Notes: a model not told the origin generated them from the letters alone. Counted from the stretch's first letter, positions 14,145 to 27,471 are shown. The stretch: 64,000 nt of DNA from Trichosphaerium sp. ATCC 40318 (GCA_038496445.1 JALMLS010000540.1:131946-195945), one strand, 5' to 3'. Translations and numbers: made by a program.

Positions 14145-14451
14145 TGTAATGTATGTGTGGAGTATTTCGGTTTGATTTAGTGAGTAAAACGTGGATTATT
14201 AAACCTTTTTGGTAGCTTCAACTTTCTTCAAGTATCTACACATTGCCGTTACTTATATTTCGGAAAAGACGAAACAAAATATCAGCCAAACTTGTGACAA
14301 GTTATCATGTTTTGAAACATTTGTTCTTTTTAAAACACAGCCTTCTTTTTTATCTACATCTTTTCATTTGTAGTGTTTCTTTTTTATTATTAATTTACAA
14401 AGCACGTTTTTTTTTGAACAACAAGGGGTCATCACAGTCTCTTTTCTCTCT

Positions 14452-17400
14452 TCAGTTCTCTTGTATGTAATTATAAGGAATAACACCTTGTTCTCCTCTA
14501 TCATTCATTGTAACCCACCAACCATCATCTCCTTTAGAAATGACAGTCAAAACATCACCAGCTTGTATAGAAAGTTCGTCAGTGTTCTGTGCAACATACT
14601 GATACAAAGCAACAGCAGTATTAGCTGAAACAGCAGGTTGTGGTGGAGGTTGGTGTGGTAACGGTTGTGATGATACTGAGGACGATACACTTACTTCCTC
14701 AACGTAGTTTGAAGGGAAAACGCCCATAGTACCATTGAGTTTACCTGTCCACCATCCGTCAGCTCCCTTGCTTATCAACGTTATTGAATCTCCAGTGTAA
14801 AATGATAGTTCGTCTGTGTTTTGTGCAGCGTAATCAAATAATGCTACTACTGAGTTTTGTGCTGATGACTTAGGAGCAGCAGGTGGTGAAGGTGCTGGGT
14901 TGTGTTGTACGGGAGAACTGTACTGAGGTTTTGGCGCTGAGAATGCTTTCGGTGCCATTGGAGAAGCCATCCTCGGTGCTGAATACTTTGCTGTGGGCGC
15001 AGAGTACTTTGGTATTGCCTTAGGTGCCGAGTATTTAGGCGTCGATGGAGAGTACTTAGGAGTTGAAGGAGAAAATGATGGGGTGGACATCTTTGGTGGT
15101 GTGTATTTTGGTGTTGATGGTGAAGAATACTTTGACGTTGCCATCTTAGGTGCGGAGTATTTAGGCGCCGGTGGAGAGTACTTAGGTGTTGATGGCTTCG
15201 AAGTAAAAGAAGGTATAGCCATCTTTGGACCACCACCATATTTTGGTTTCGCCGGTGACGAATACTTTGGTGTTGTTGGAGAGTAACTTGGTTTTGGAGA
15301 AAAAGCCATTTTTGGCATACCCATCGTAGGTCCACCAGAAGGCTTGGAGTAGCCTGATGATGGTTTTGATGTACCTATCGATGTTGGTATCTTTTTACCA
15401 GTACCACCCATTGGCGGGGGTGGAGGCGGAGGAGGAGCGCTTGAATCCATTTTAAGGTTTCCTTTTTTCACTTTCATCGCTGGTTCCTTCTTAGCCTTAG
15501 GCGCCTGGAATGGTGCTGCTGGTGCTTGTGGTGGAGGAGTGTACGCCGGTGCTTGTGGGGCGGCTGGGCTTGGTATAACCGAAGGCGCTCTACCAAATGC
15601 TCCAGGAGGCGGTGGAGGAGCTGGAACACCTGCAGGAGCAGCAGGAGCTACAGGAGCACCCATTGGAGGTGGTGGGGCTCCTCCAGGAGGCGGTGGAGGA
15701 GCTGGGACGCCTACAGGAGCAGCAGGAGCTACAGGAGCACCCATTGGAGGTGGTGGAGCTCCTCCAGGAGGCGGTGGTGCACCACCTTGAGGAGGTGGAG
15801 GTCCAGAAAATGTTGAACCAGTTGGAGATCCTGATATTTTCTTTTCCTTCTTGCTTGCTTTCCTTGATTTCCGCAAAGCTTTCTTATCTACTTTCTCTTC
15901 GTATGTTTTTATAATTTTGCAGTAACTCTGTTGAAATAATCCCACCTGGCTTCCTATATGGCCTTCCCACCAATCATTGTCGTTACGCTTATCGTATACT
16001 TCAATGATGTCTCCTAAAAAAATGGTGTGAGTTTTCTTATTTTTTTCTTTCTTGTGTTACAAACTCCAAGCGTAGGCGCAAGTTTTTTCTTGGTAATTTT
16101 TTAGTTCCCAGACTGTAGTTAAAAGGAGCAATGTACGCCATTGAAGGGGAACAAAAAATAGGTATTCTGTACTAAGGTGAAAGACTCTTACCCATTTTGA
16201 AAGTTAGTTCGTTTGGATGCTTTGCAAGCCATCCAAGTTCTGCCTCAACTTGTAATATAGGAAATCTCTTGACCTTCTTTTTTAAATTACGTTTGCTCTT
16301 CCTACAAAGAAAAATGAGCTTTTGTACATTATTGAGAAACGAAGGAAAGAAAAGAAGAAAAAGAAAAATAAGAAAAAAAAAACCCCCACTGTGGCACAGT
16401 GTGTTTACCAATTTTTGGCAATACACGTCAGTGATAATTACATAAATGCATGTATATATGCCCTGGACGTATGTGTGGTGATTGACATAAAAGGTAATAC
16501 AAAAGAACCACAACTCTTTTCAGTACCGAATAAATGAATATAAATTTTAGAGTTGTACCTTTTTGCTATTTTATCTTTTGATCCATCAACAACCATATCG
16601 TATAGAATTTTAGCTGTTTCTTTGTTTTCAACATGATATTTCTCAATACCAGCCTGTTTAAACATTTCAAGCCATTCATCTGGTAGGTCTGATTTTACAA
16701 AACCTTGTCCTTTAAAAAAAATCAGTATTTCTTTTCGCTGTTTTTGTAATTTTTAGAATTAGTGCTTCTTGTAAAAATACAACGGTGTTGCAATGTTGTT
16801 GTATCATAAATGATTTATGAATGCGATTGAGGTATCATTCAAATCAATTTTTTTGAAACAGGTGCAGGAGAATTTCAACAAAAAACTTGAAAGTGAAAAA
16901 ACAAGTACCTAGGCCTCCACCTGCTACATGTGTTACAGCAGTTGGACCGGCAATCTGTTGCCGAGAATCTGTAAACTGTAAAGCAACACGTATTTCAATA
17001 TCTAATGGACCACCAACAGCCCAAAGCTGGTACCATCTATCCGTAGGTTCATTGAAAAATCGAAGACTTTCTTCAAGCGGGATTATTAAATCCCCAACAT
17101 TCTTCTTTCCTTTAAACGCCTTGAAGACTAAATGTGTCAACTCTGCGTCATCAACACCACTTATCAATATTAGTTTACGAATAGTAGGAGTAAATTAATG
17201 GTGTACATAATAAAGGTGCTGTTCCAGTTTGGATTACTTGAGCCTTTGACGTTATATTTTTTTAAAGGCTTTCCAGTCTTTTTATGTGCCAAATAAATAA
17301 CAATTGACACACTACCCTATTACAAGGACAAGGTTAGACAAGCGCTGGTACAACTTCAAAAATAATAAAAAGCCGAAGCAGGTAGTACCTTTGCTGCTGG

Positions 17401-18628
17401 CCAGTTACGTCCTTCAACAACTACAAAAAACATTAGTTTTTTTGTATGTGAGGTGGACATGATGTTGTGTTCGAGTCAACGTACCTCTAATATTTAATTT
17501 ACATGGTCCTGCACGTTTATCAACCTTTTTAGAAGGTTTACGCAAGCTAAATCCCCTTGAACCCGCTTGGCTATCATCTGCAGGCTTACTTAACTTGTAA
17601 GCGTGACTTACTTCCTTTCTCACGCTGATAGGTACAAGATTATCTGTAATCGATCTAGCACTTGAAGGAGACATAGATACAGCTCTCTGTATTGTCCTTG
17701 GAGTTGAAGTGCTTCGTGCAGGCGCAGCGGATATTGTTCTTGGTGTCACATTGGGCAGTGACGGAGCAGATTTTGATCTTGTTGGTGCTGCCATAGGTGA
17801 CATTGGTGGAGGCGACATTGGCGCAAGCGGCGATGCATCCGGTGGATTGACCATGGGTTGTATTGGTGGCACCATACCAACACCTGTAGGCGTTGCAGTT
17901 GGTGGCCTTGGACTAGGCGCTGCAATTGGAGGCGAAGAAGCCATTGGTGGACGAGAGGATAGAGCTCCCATTGGAGGTGCCATTGATGCTCTTGGTGGAA
18001 CAGGGGACGCTAAACCTGGTCTTGGACTTGGTGCCGCTATAGGAGGTGGTCTTGCAACTGGTGGTGACGCGTTGCCGTATGGCCTTTGAGAAGGTGTAGG
18101 TGGGTATTTTGGTGTTCGTGGTGCAGGCCAAGAAGCTTTTTTCCTTCCAGGTGCTGCCATAGTAGCGAACTGATTAGGACGCTTCATAGCTGCTACAGGT
18201 CGCTTTTTTGGTGTTGAGAACTTGGGTCTACTCATAGTTGCGAAGTGTATAGGCCTTTTGGCGGGCGCCATACGCCCTGGAGAATGTCCAGGAGGTGAAA
18301 TGCTGTGTTTAGGGGAAAAGCGGTTTTTGGCTGGTGCTGGAGGCGACTGGCTACGCCCGTACGCTGGAGCGTTGTTGAACGGTCTTTTTGCAGGAGCGAA
18401 AGGGCGTTTTTTTGGCGTTGCAAATTTTCGTGGACCGCCAGGCGGTGCGTGTCCTTTGAGCCATTAGCATACAACACTTTGATGACGCTTGGGTAACGAA
18501 TAAAACAAATTGGGACTAGAAGCCAAATACGCTCGGTCTATACAGAAAATACGCGTACCGTAGGCTTTAGGGTGTGCATTAAAGCGTCCATTGTTTGGAG
18601 GTGGTGCCGGGAAAGCACTTCCGTACAT
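14452..18628 (-). CDS. Pro-rich + C2 + WASP-type CRIB/GBD + 3xSH3 actin-regulatory adaptor
   Basis: C2 (CKLNIR..VVEGRNW...SSNPNWNSTF); CRIB QIAGPTAVTHV followed by DLPDEWLEMFKQAGI...KETAKILYDMV; SH3 HPNELTFKMGDIIEV..DWWEG; poly-Pro; two C-terminal SH3 (ALFDYAAQNTDELSF, ALYQYVAQNTDELSI). Confidence 0.85.
15600..15776 (-). repeat. ~81-nt coding tandem duplication (GAPPPPMGAPVAPAAPxGVPAPPPPPG)x2
   Basis: Two near-identical copies of ctccaggaggcggtggaggagctgg...ggagcacccattggaggtggtgg plus the start of a third. Confidence 0.85.
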
Positions 18629-19147
18629 AATTTAACGTTAATTCATCAACTAGCCTAGTTTGAAACCTATTCGAATGAGTATTGCTGGATTTTACGTAAA
18701 ACTATATGTTTTTGTTACAAATACCACTGTTAGGTATGAGAAACACTACACCATTGGCACAGAGACAAATGGAATAGTTTTGTATGAACGGAAAATATAC
18801 TGCGCATTTTACGTACTGTAAAAGATATATTTTACTCACGCTTGAGGTGCTTTGTGAATGCTGAACTCTTAATCTAGCTCAGTCGAATTGATTAAAGTCA
18901 AGGAGAGCAAATTAAGCAATCAACGAAGTAAAAGGCAATACGCAGCCAAGGTGGTAAAAAGGTGATATTGACACCACCAAACTGCACAAAGCACTATGCT
19001 ATTTTAGTTATACCGCCAATTATACGCTTATTAGACGTGGCGCACTCACAACACCTTCAAAATTGCATGTGGGCAGCCTATTATGGAACTCGTCCAATCT
19101 AGACATTTTTTAAGCCATTAAAATTATTTAAACTTTATTATCACCTC

Positions 19148-20795
19148 ATGTGTTCCAAAATCGCGACAGCTATATTGGTTGGGTTGCTCGCAGTCTTTAT
19201 AGTGTTCTTTTATACACCAAGCCCTATTGCGTTTCCTGAGGTTAACACGCTTCCATCCAATGAACAATTTAGTGGTTTAGCTAAAAACCGCAGTACGCAA
19301 ATACGTTTTAGGTTTCGAAAATTTTACGTTGCGTGAAATAGAGTTGGATAACGCCACGCGGCTTTTCCAGGGAGAAATTAACGGACCTGAGTCGTTTGTG
19401 ACGGCACCAAACGGAGACGTGTACACAGGCCTCGCTGATGGTCGCATTATTAAATTTCTGTACGCAATTACGCTGTAGAGTGGTCATTGACATTTTACCG
19501 ACCGTACAGAGCAAAATCGTCAATGACCGAATACACAACGTTTATTAGGACTGGTAAATACCACAAGGTACTTTTTCTGAGCGTGTCAAGCAATAATCTT
19601 CGGTAGGATTGCGGACAACGACAAGTTGAACACAGTACGTTTTCGCGTTTGCCTGTACTGTCATTGCCATTGACGCTCGTAAAGTATGTGGTAGAGCGCT
19701 AGGTATGCGCATGCATAGTGATGGATCGTTATACGTTTGTGACGGCTACTATGGTTTGCTTCACGTGACACCTGATAAAAAAATTACAAAACTTGTTGAC
19801 AGCTTTGAGGGTGTCAAGTTTAAGTAATATTACCTTCTGTGCAACTGCATACTTACGCTAATAGATTTTTGAATGATCTTGATATTTCAAGCCAAGACAT
19901 CATTTACTTTACTGACTCCAGTGGTGAGTGGTTATTTTTTGTTGTTGGCATTGAATTAAAACTGTGTATATCTTACTTTCTTACCAGCTGATTTCGAGAG
20001 GAGGAACGTTATGCACGAAGTACTTCAGGTGCGTAATTATTACGTACTTAAGAGGTTATGAGATAACATGATTTTATTGGCAGGGTGCACCAAGTGGAAG
20101 TCTATATAAATACGACATTAAAACGAAAAACACTGAAAAATTGCTTGATGGATTATATTTTGCAAATGGCGTACAGTTATCGACCAACGAAGAATTCCTA
20201 CTTGTTGTTGGTATGGCATACTTGTAGTTACAAAAGAAACGTTGCATTAGAATACTAACTCACGTGATAGAAAACACGAAGCTCCGAGTACTCAAGTATC
20301 ATCTACAAGGTAGTCTATATTGTAATGTCACATGATTTTTCTGAAAGCTATTGTAGGTCCTCAAGTAGGAAAAACAGAAGTTTTTACAGAGATGCCTGGC
20401 AGCCCAGATAATATTCGCTTCGATAAAAAGGTAGGTTGCGATAACCTTTCGTTGGTGCGTGCTAAATTGCTCAGCGCGGAGTTTATTGGGTTGGTATATC
20501 AACTCCACGCTCAGGTTTGATTGAGTTCTTGGCCAACAACCCTATCGTCCGTTACCATCTAGCAAAACTACCTCAATGGGTTCTTTTGGCTGTAGCAAAA
20601 CCGGGAATGGCTGTTGCTATAAGCGAAGAAGGCAACATCGTTGATACGTTGCAGGTAAATGATTTTGAGGTTTTTTATTATCTGCTCACTTTATTGAAGG
20701 GAGTGAAGTTTATTAGCGAGATTCATCGACATGAAGACTATTTACTAATGGGTAGTTTCATAAATCCTTTTATCTTACAATACAAAGACGCTTAG
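19148..20795 (+). CDS. Strictosidine-synthase-like / APMAP-like six-bladed beta-propeller with N-terminal membrane anchor
   Basis: N-terminal TM, GPESF..GDVYTGLADGRII, CGRALGMR, DGYYGL, FLNDLDI..IYFTDSS, LLDGLYFANGVQLS, MPGSPDNIR; more than 10 introns. Confidence 0.9.
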
Positions 20796-21308
20796 AAAAG
20801 TAAATATCTGGTTTGAGAAGCAGTATTCGGGTTGATTGTAGAAGTTATGAGGTTAAAAACAATAAAAATATGGTACCTCTCATTAACCATCTCCTTGGAC
20901 ACTACACTGTCTTCGTGGAGTATTAACCAAGTTTACTCTTCCCGAAAGCGTAGTCACTCAATACCGAAATAGCACGAGCAGTACGTAAGTAGTGTGCGAC
21001 AACTCGAATGCTCTACACTTGTTGGATTTTTTCACGCAGCTGCACCCTCCGACTTCACGCTCTTAAACTTGGTGCATACGCATGCGTGTGCTGTCTTTAC
21101 GATGAGGCAGTTTACCGCCAATTTTATCGCGTTGACAACTTTCTTTCTATTAATTTTCGCGAAATGACTTTGGTTCAACAAACACTTTTACTTCATTATT
21201 CGGCAATTTAAACACGAACAACAACACATCATATAACAATGACTAAATAAATCTGGTGCTCGCACCCCCTCAACTTAGTAACAATGCCAACAAACGCTAC
21301 TGAACGAA

Positions 21309-22182
21309 ATGGAACTTACAAAATACGAAAAAGAACGACAGGCTAAGATTGAGCGTAATAAGCTCTTTCTTGACCAGCTTGGCCTTGCTAAGTACGTTTT
21401 AAAAATAAGTTTGATTTTCAATGAAAACCATTACCAAACTGCACAAATTGTCGTTTTTTACCGTAAAGCGTTAACAATAAACTAACCTATAACACCAGGG
21501 CTAACAAAACCTTCACAAAGCCAAAACCAATCACCAAACGAAAGAAAAAACAACAAGTCGTAGTAACAACGCGACGTAAGTCTGCTCGCCTCCAAAGCAA
21601 GGTACGAATAAGTTCTCAGCCACGCCATGTTTCTTTTTTCGCGCCTTCAAAAATTAACGCTTTCCAATAGCCAATGCCTTGCTTCACGGAAGAGAAGATC
21701 TACGTACGACGCAAGCGTACAAGGACTCGAACGACGAAAAAGAAGAAAATTCAACCAAAGCTCGAATTCGCTCTTGCTGGTACGTCTCACTCTTAACCTT
21801 GTCGCCATACCTCCTTGCAGTTCTTTCATTTCTGACGCTCATTTTAGTTAACTTTGCTGCTCTTGGGCTTCCTGACTTGACAGACCTCTTAACAAACAAC
21901 GAAACTGAGGTTGAAGAGCCTGTATTCGGTGCAAAGGATGTCATTTACTACATTGATAAAATCCTTGCAAGAAGAACAACTAAAAATGGCAAAGTACAAT
22001 ACCTAGTAAAGTGGGTTGGTTTCGCTAAAAAAGATAACTTGTGGGTCGACGAGGAGAAGGTTAAACCTTACCCTGAGAAGATCCGTATATTTGAGATGCG
22101 TGTAAAAGGTATAAAAGTACCACAAACTACAAACCGTTTCAAAAAAGATTGCGGTGTAGTCTTGTACACACGTGTTGTTTAA
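21309..22182 (+). CDS. Chromodomain protein with N-terminal 'LTxYExERxxxIERN' motif and RRKSARLQ
   Basis: MELTKYEKERQAKIERNKLFLDQLGL; chromo YYIDKILARRTTKNGKVQYLVKWVGFAKKDNLWVDEEKV. Confidence 0.8.
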
Positions 22183-22968
22183 ACAAAAAGAAGAAAAAAA
22201 CCAAACTGTATTTTTAGAACAAATAAATCACTTCCCTTTGTTTTCACTCACAATAACTTTCGCGTTTTATAATTATAATTGCTGCTCCTGCTTTCGTCCC
22301 TGCACATCACTGTAACTCAAAAATAAGGCCTTCCATGAGGAGATTTAGGGTTTTGAAATCTCCTTTTTTTTTGTATTGCCATTTTTCGTAATAAATATTT
22401 TCGAAGTACTGTCAAGGCAGTAAAGTGAGTCTATCGCGTATACAACTAACTTTCGTGTTGAAAATAAAAGAGCTGGTACGAAATTTCAAACCTGTTGGTT
22501 GTTCTATACGTACTTTGTTCTTCCTCCTTTTTATTCCCAAGTACGCCACCGAAGTTCTTTACACTCCATAAACACAATTCCACAACCCCGTAGCGAACGA
22601 TCTTGTCACTGTTGAGAACGAGATTTGACTTTTGTCAAGTATTAGCACTGGTACTATTAGTACTAAACGAAGCTACGCCTCCATGTTACGAAACCAGGGT
22701 GCACGTTTTTATAGTAGTTCTGTTTTTGGCCTTCCTGATCGAAACTTCCGCTCACATTCATCTCCTAGCCGAGATGTAGATGCCTGTACGCTCTATTGGT
22801 GTCTATATATCACTACAGCGTCACTTGTCAAAAAATGACACATGTACGGGACTATTTGACCTCGTAAATCCTAAAACAATCTTGACAGATATTTCTTAAA
22901 TCTGGCAGTGCAGTTTTGACAATTAATTGCCATAAAACGAAGAGTCACACAAAGAAAGCACCTCAAAG

Positions 22969-25900
22969 ATGTTTAGAGGGATAATTAAAATAGCATCATT
23001 ATTTATATTGACGACATTGCTCTCAACGAGCGTATACAGCGCTCAAATTAATGTGTTTGTATACAATGATGTTAATAGTAATCTTGTACGAAACTCAGGA
23101 GAAGAAGGAGTTGCTGGTGTCGAAGTATGTATCGATGACCGTGTTATTGATGGTAGATGTGGTTCAAACGAGCGAAGAGAAACCACAGGCACGTTCAGGT
23201 CCACGTGGGCCGCTTTTATTTTTGTCTTGTTTTAAAACACTTGGAAACCTGTTTTGACCTTCTGTTAATTAGACAGCAATGGACAGGCTACTTTTGAAGT
23301 AGAAGGAGGACAGAGCTATCCCGTCGTAGTTGTAAGTTTGATTAATTTTTTTTTCATGTTTTCTTACAATCACCAGAACTCCGAGAGTACCACAAACTGT
23401 AATGAAGCAGTATCAGTTTCTGATGCATTTGATATTACTTTTGCAACTGGATCAGAATTAGCAAGGCACCCACAATACGTAAGACATAATTCTTAAAAAA
23501 CTTGTAATTTTTTTCTTGTTTTCTTAACACCTTCCTCAGGAGAAATACTTTGAAGATGCCAGGAATAAATTAGAAACAATGATAGTTGGGGATCTACCAG
23601 ATGTCATGCTAAATGGGATCGCAAGTACGCAGCTCTTTCTTTTTTTCCGAAAAAAGTGTCACGTGATTTAATTTTTTTTGCTAATCATCATTTCGTAGTT
23701 GACGACATTGAAATATCTATCAACCTTGTTGCGATTGGTATGGTTATTTTTCATGTGATACAATTAACAAAATCATAGATGGTCTTAATGGCGTCATAGC
23801 ACGTGCTGGTCCTACATATGTCCGCCCCAACACTTATCTTCCAGTACGCTACCTATTGTTATGACAAATGCTTACACTGCTAAAGGCCAAAGCTGTTCTG
23901 GAGTTCGATATCGAAGATGCAGAGCGGACAATTGAAAATGGTAGCTTCCTTTCTCTTGTAGAACATTTCATGCTTCGTTGCCTGTACGTTCTCTATACCT
24001 TATAATTTTTGTGTAATCTTATCCATGTAACAGCGGGCTTGGAACAACTTGGAGCCTGAAAGAACTTATCAGAGATGCAGGAACTTCTGACCCAAGATAT
24101 CTTGGTGTCTCAGGTAACGAAGAATACCGAAAAATATTCGGTGGAACGGATACCACGAAGGCCCCTCTTCAAGGAACTGGAGATGATGAGATAAGAGATA
24201 CTTATTGGGATGAAACCGTTATGCAAAATGAAATAATGACACCATGGATAAGTTCTGGTGCTAACCCAATAAGTACAATAACATTGGGTGCCTTAAAGGA
24301 TATTGGGTACATATCGTAAACGATTTTCCAGGACTTTAAAAAACTAACTCTCCTACTAAGATATGAAGTTGACTTGTCTGCTGCTGATACTTACGTCCCT
24401 TATTTCAAACGCCAGTCAGAAGACGAATCTAGTGATGTTAATCATGATGACGACGAAGAGTGCAAAACTGTCTCAATGCCACCTCCGTAAGATTTTTGGA
24501 ATTTGTTTTTGGTTCAAGTGTAAAAGCTAATTTTTTCTTTTAGATTTGTAATGAGAGATTCAAGTGTATTCGAGAGTTACAAATATGCAGCTCACGCACA
24601 TATTGGCTCTAAAAGAACACTTCTAGCAGCCCCTTTAACAAATAACTTTGACCATATGCCAGTAGGATCTGGAGCATTCGGTATACAAACAGCAAGAATT
24701 GTGGAAGACGATGATGGTAAATACCTTGCTGTTGGAAGAGCACAATCTTTCGAAATTTTCCAGCTTTTCCTTGACAAGGATCTGGATATTAACGCAAAGA
24801 GAACAATTGCTTCTTTTAACATACGAGCAACAAGCGACTGTAAGTTGTTTTTTTTTCTATCACATCTGAAACTAACTGTTTACAAGTTTCACTTGTTGGA
24901 AGTTTCTTCCGTGTCCACTTGGGTAAAGAGACTGATATTACTTTCACGTTATCAGTATCCACAGAATTTCAAGTAGCTGTGCGCGGAGCGGCTCTACCTA
25001 GTGGTTTCAAATACATTGACGTACAAGAGTTTCAAGAATGGCATCAAGTGGTAATTGATCGCGATTTCAATGTAAGAACAAATCGTAACTAGTCACCATA
25101 ACTTACTTACTTTTTAAGACTGGAACCTTGTACTGTTACATAAATGGTGCTCTTATTGGAACAGACGCACAAGCATTAGGACCTATAGATTATGTCGGTT
25201 TTAGCTACCAAGCAGGATACGGAGAAATCCATATTGATAATTTCAAGTTCGACATTGTTGAAGATCCAAAGGATGGTAAAGCAGTCGTTCTTCATGGAGG
25301 TACTTCAACAGACTACCTGATACGTTATTATAATACTCACATGATATTTGTTTAGACAACAGTAGAGCTACTTTAGCATTCCCTGTAAAGACTTGCGGAC
25401 AAATAATTTCGATTACTGAAGCTCCTACAACACCTCCTCCAACAAGCAAACCTCCAACTGTAGCCCCAACAACCAAGCCTCCAACGGTTGCTCCTACTAG
25501 CCCTCCAGTAATGACGACGAAGCCACCTACAAAACCTCCAACAATGATACCAACAGCACCACCAACGATAAAACCATCGACAACAAGACCACCTTTTACA
25601 TTCCCTCCAACTGATCCACCAACATCTCGTCCACTCCAAGCCATCAAATACCATGAAGTCAGATCAATAGTAGGTGAACATTGGACAACATACACTCTAC
25701 CTTACAACTATGCCAACATGGTACGTTTTCTCAATATATTCTGATAGCAGTCTACAGTGTCTGTTGTTCTCTGGCTAATTTATATCAGGTAATTGTTTGT
25801 ACACCGTCATACACTGAAGGTGCTCCGCGTGTTGTTCGCGTTTATCAAACAGCTGCAAGTAGAATGAAAGTTAAAGTAGAACTTGCGGGAGCAGGTGGCA

Positions 25901-26688
25901 CAGTACCTGATACTTTTGTACATTGTATAGTTGTAGAGGCTGGTAAATACGACTGGGTACGCATTTCAACTCTCATAGCGTTTGGCTTATATTTTTTCAG
26001 CAAACTCACGGTATCCAAATGGAAGCTTTAACAATGATTTCAAATAAAACAGCTTCTGCTGGTGATTGGAAGAACAACAGAGACAGAATCGCTAATACAA
26101 GAAGATACTACCAACCGGTTGTATTGGGTCAAGTTATGAGTGCAAATGATAGATGGAGTGTATTTTGGGCATCCAATTACTTCACAAGAGACAACCCTGA
26201 TGAATTCGATATTTATGTCGGTAAACATGTTGGAACAGATGTAGATAGATATCGTCTTCCAGAAATCCTTGGTGTCATTATTATTGATACAGCAAGCGGA
26301 TTTTTCGAGACACCTCACGGTCATAAATATGCGTATTCTGCTGGAGATACCATTTTGAGAAAAGTACAAAGTATGGAGACTCATAAGCCGAGTCCTATAA
26401 CTGTATATGTTCCAAGAACTTCTTTTGATGCTCATGTCATATGTTCTGCTTCAGGAATTTTCGACGATGACGGAGGGTACGCCTTGTTTCTTAAAGTGTT
26501 TGCCTGTTTCTTCATTTTTGTTCAATTGTTCTTATTTTTTTCTTAGTTGGCCAGTTGTTTATACACGTGGTGATGAAGCACAACAAACATCAGTTCAAAT
26601 CAATCTTGTTTATGATGAAGATACTTACAAAACAAAAGATAAAGTGCACTTGGCTGAAAACGTAGCTTACTTTGTTACAGCTGCCTAA
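22969..26688 (+). CDS. Secreted multidomain protein: SdrD-B-like + inactive leishmanolysin(M8)-like + beta-sandwich/lectin-like + PT linker + bacterial-type C-terminal beta domain
   Basis: Signal peptide; VYNDVNSNLVRNSGEEGVAGVEV..TTDSNGQATF; IVGDLPDV..IDDIEI..IDGLNGVIARAGP..EFDIED..EHFMLRCLGLGTTW..RDTYWDE..NEIMT..NPISTITLGALKDIGYEVD; PVVLGQVMSAND..VGKHVG. Confidence 0.8.
25425..25630 (+). repeat. Pro/Thr-rich (PPT) mucin-like linker
   Basis: APTTPPPTSKPPTVAPTTKPPTVAPT...PPTDPPT. Confidence 0.8.
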
Positions 26689-27130
26689 AAATTTTCTTTC
26701 AAAAAAAAAACGTACTAAAAGCTTGTGAATAATGTAAAATAAATATGCTACAATGTAAATGTCGTTGTTATCTTGACCTACTGAACCAAGTAAATTATAC
26801 TCAAGTCTTTGTAGAAGTCCAGGAACTAACGAGCTCGTGCTAGTTCTTTTTTTTTATCAATCTAAAAGTGAGCATTGTTAATAAATATGTATGGGACCAT
26901 GACTGCAAATGCTAATAACCTGTAAACAAACTTGTTCTTTCACATTCTTCTAGTATTGAATAGTTTCTTTACAGTCGAAAGGTGTCATTGGAGTGAGTAT
27001 CAAAAACAAAATATTGCCTGTAACGGTTAACGGTTTATTCTTGTCGTGCACTTAATTAAACACCGTGTCATTTTTGTCATGAAATAAGAGCTTCGTGTAA
27101 CGTAATCTCAGCATCAGAACGAGAGCAAAA

Positions 27131-27471
27131 TTAAGAAGAGAGCTCCATAATAGCATCTATAATGTCACCTTTTGCACTTCGCAATGCTGCGATGGCTTGT
27201 GCTTTTGTTGCGTTAGCCTTTTACAAAGGTGTCAGATTTATTAATATATTAACGTTCTAAGCGCACCTGTTGCATTACCATAGTGACTTCGTTGGCGGGA
27301 TATTCGCTTGAGCCGTTTGTCGCTTGAGTTTCAACGTTTTGTTGCGCTGGTGGATTGTAAACAGCATACAGAATGAAGGGCGTACTTGCTCGTACGTTCT
27401 GCTTTGTTGTTATCATTTTCTGGTTCATTGGTAGGAGACACGCCAGGAAACCGTATATCGAAGGCGTCCAT
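27131..27471 (-). CDS. Small protein with NAC-alpha/HYPK-type UBA domain
   Basis: MDAFDIRFPG...ANEVTMVMQQ|ANATKAQAIAALRSAKGDIIDAIMELSS*; two introns. Confidence 0.75.

Noticed and set aside
14847-18496. Many overlapping alternate-frame and antisense ORFs (also 25243-25695, 35732-36367, 45747-46200, 48677-49070, 59590-60234)
   Set aside because: Shadows of Pro/Thr-rich or repetitive, codon-biased exons of the real genes
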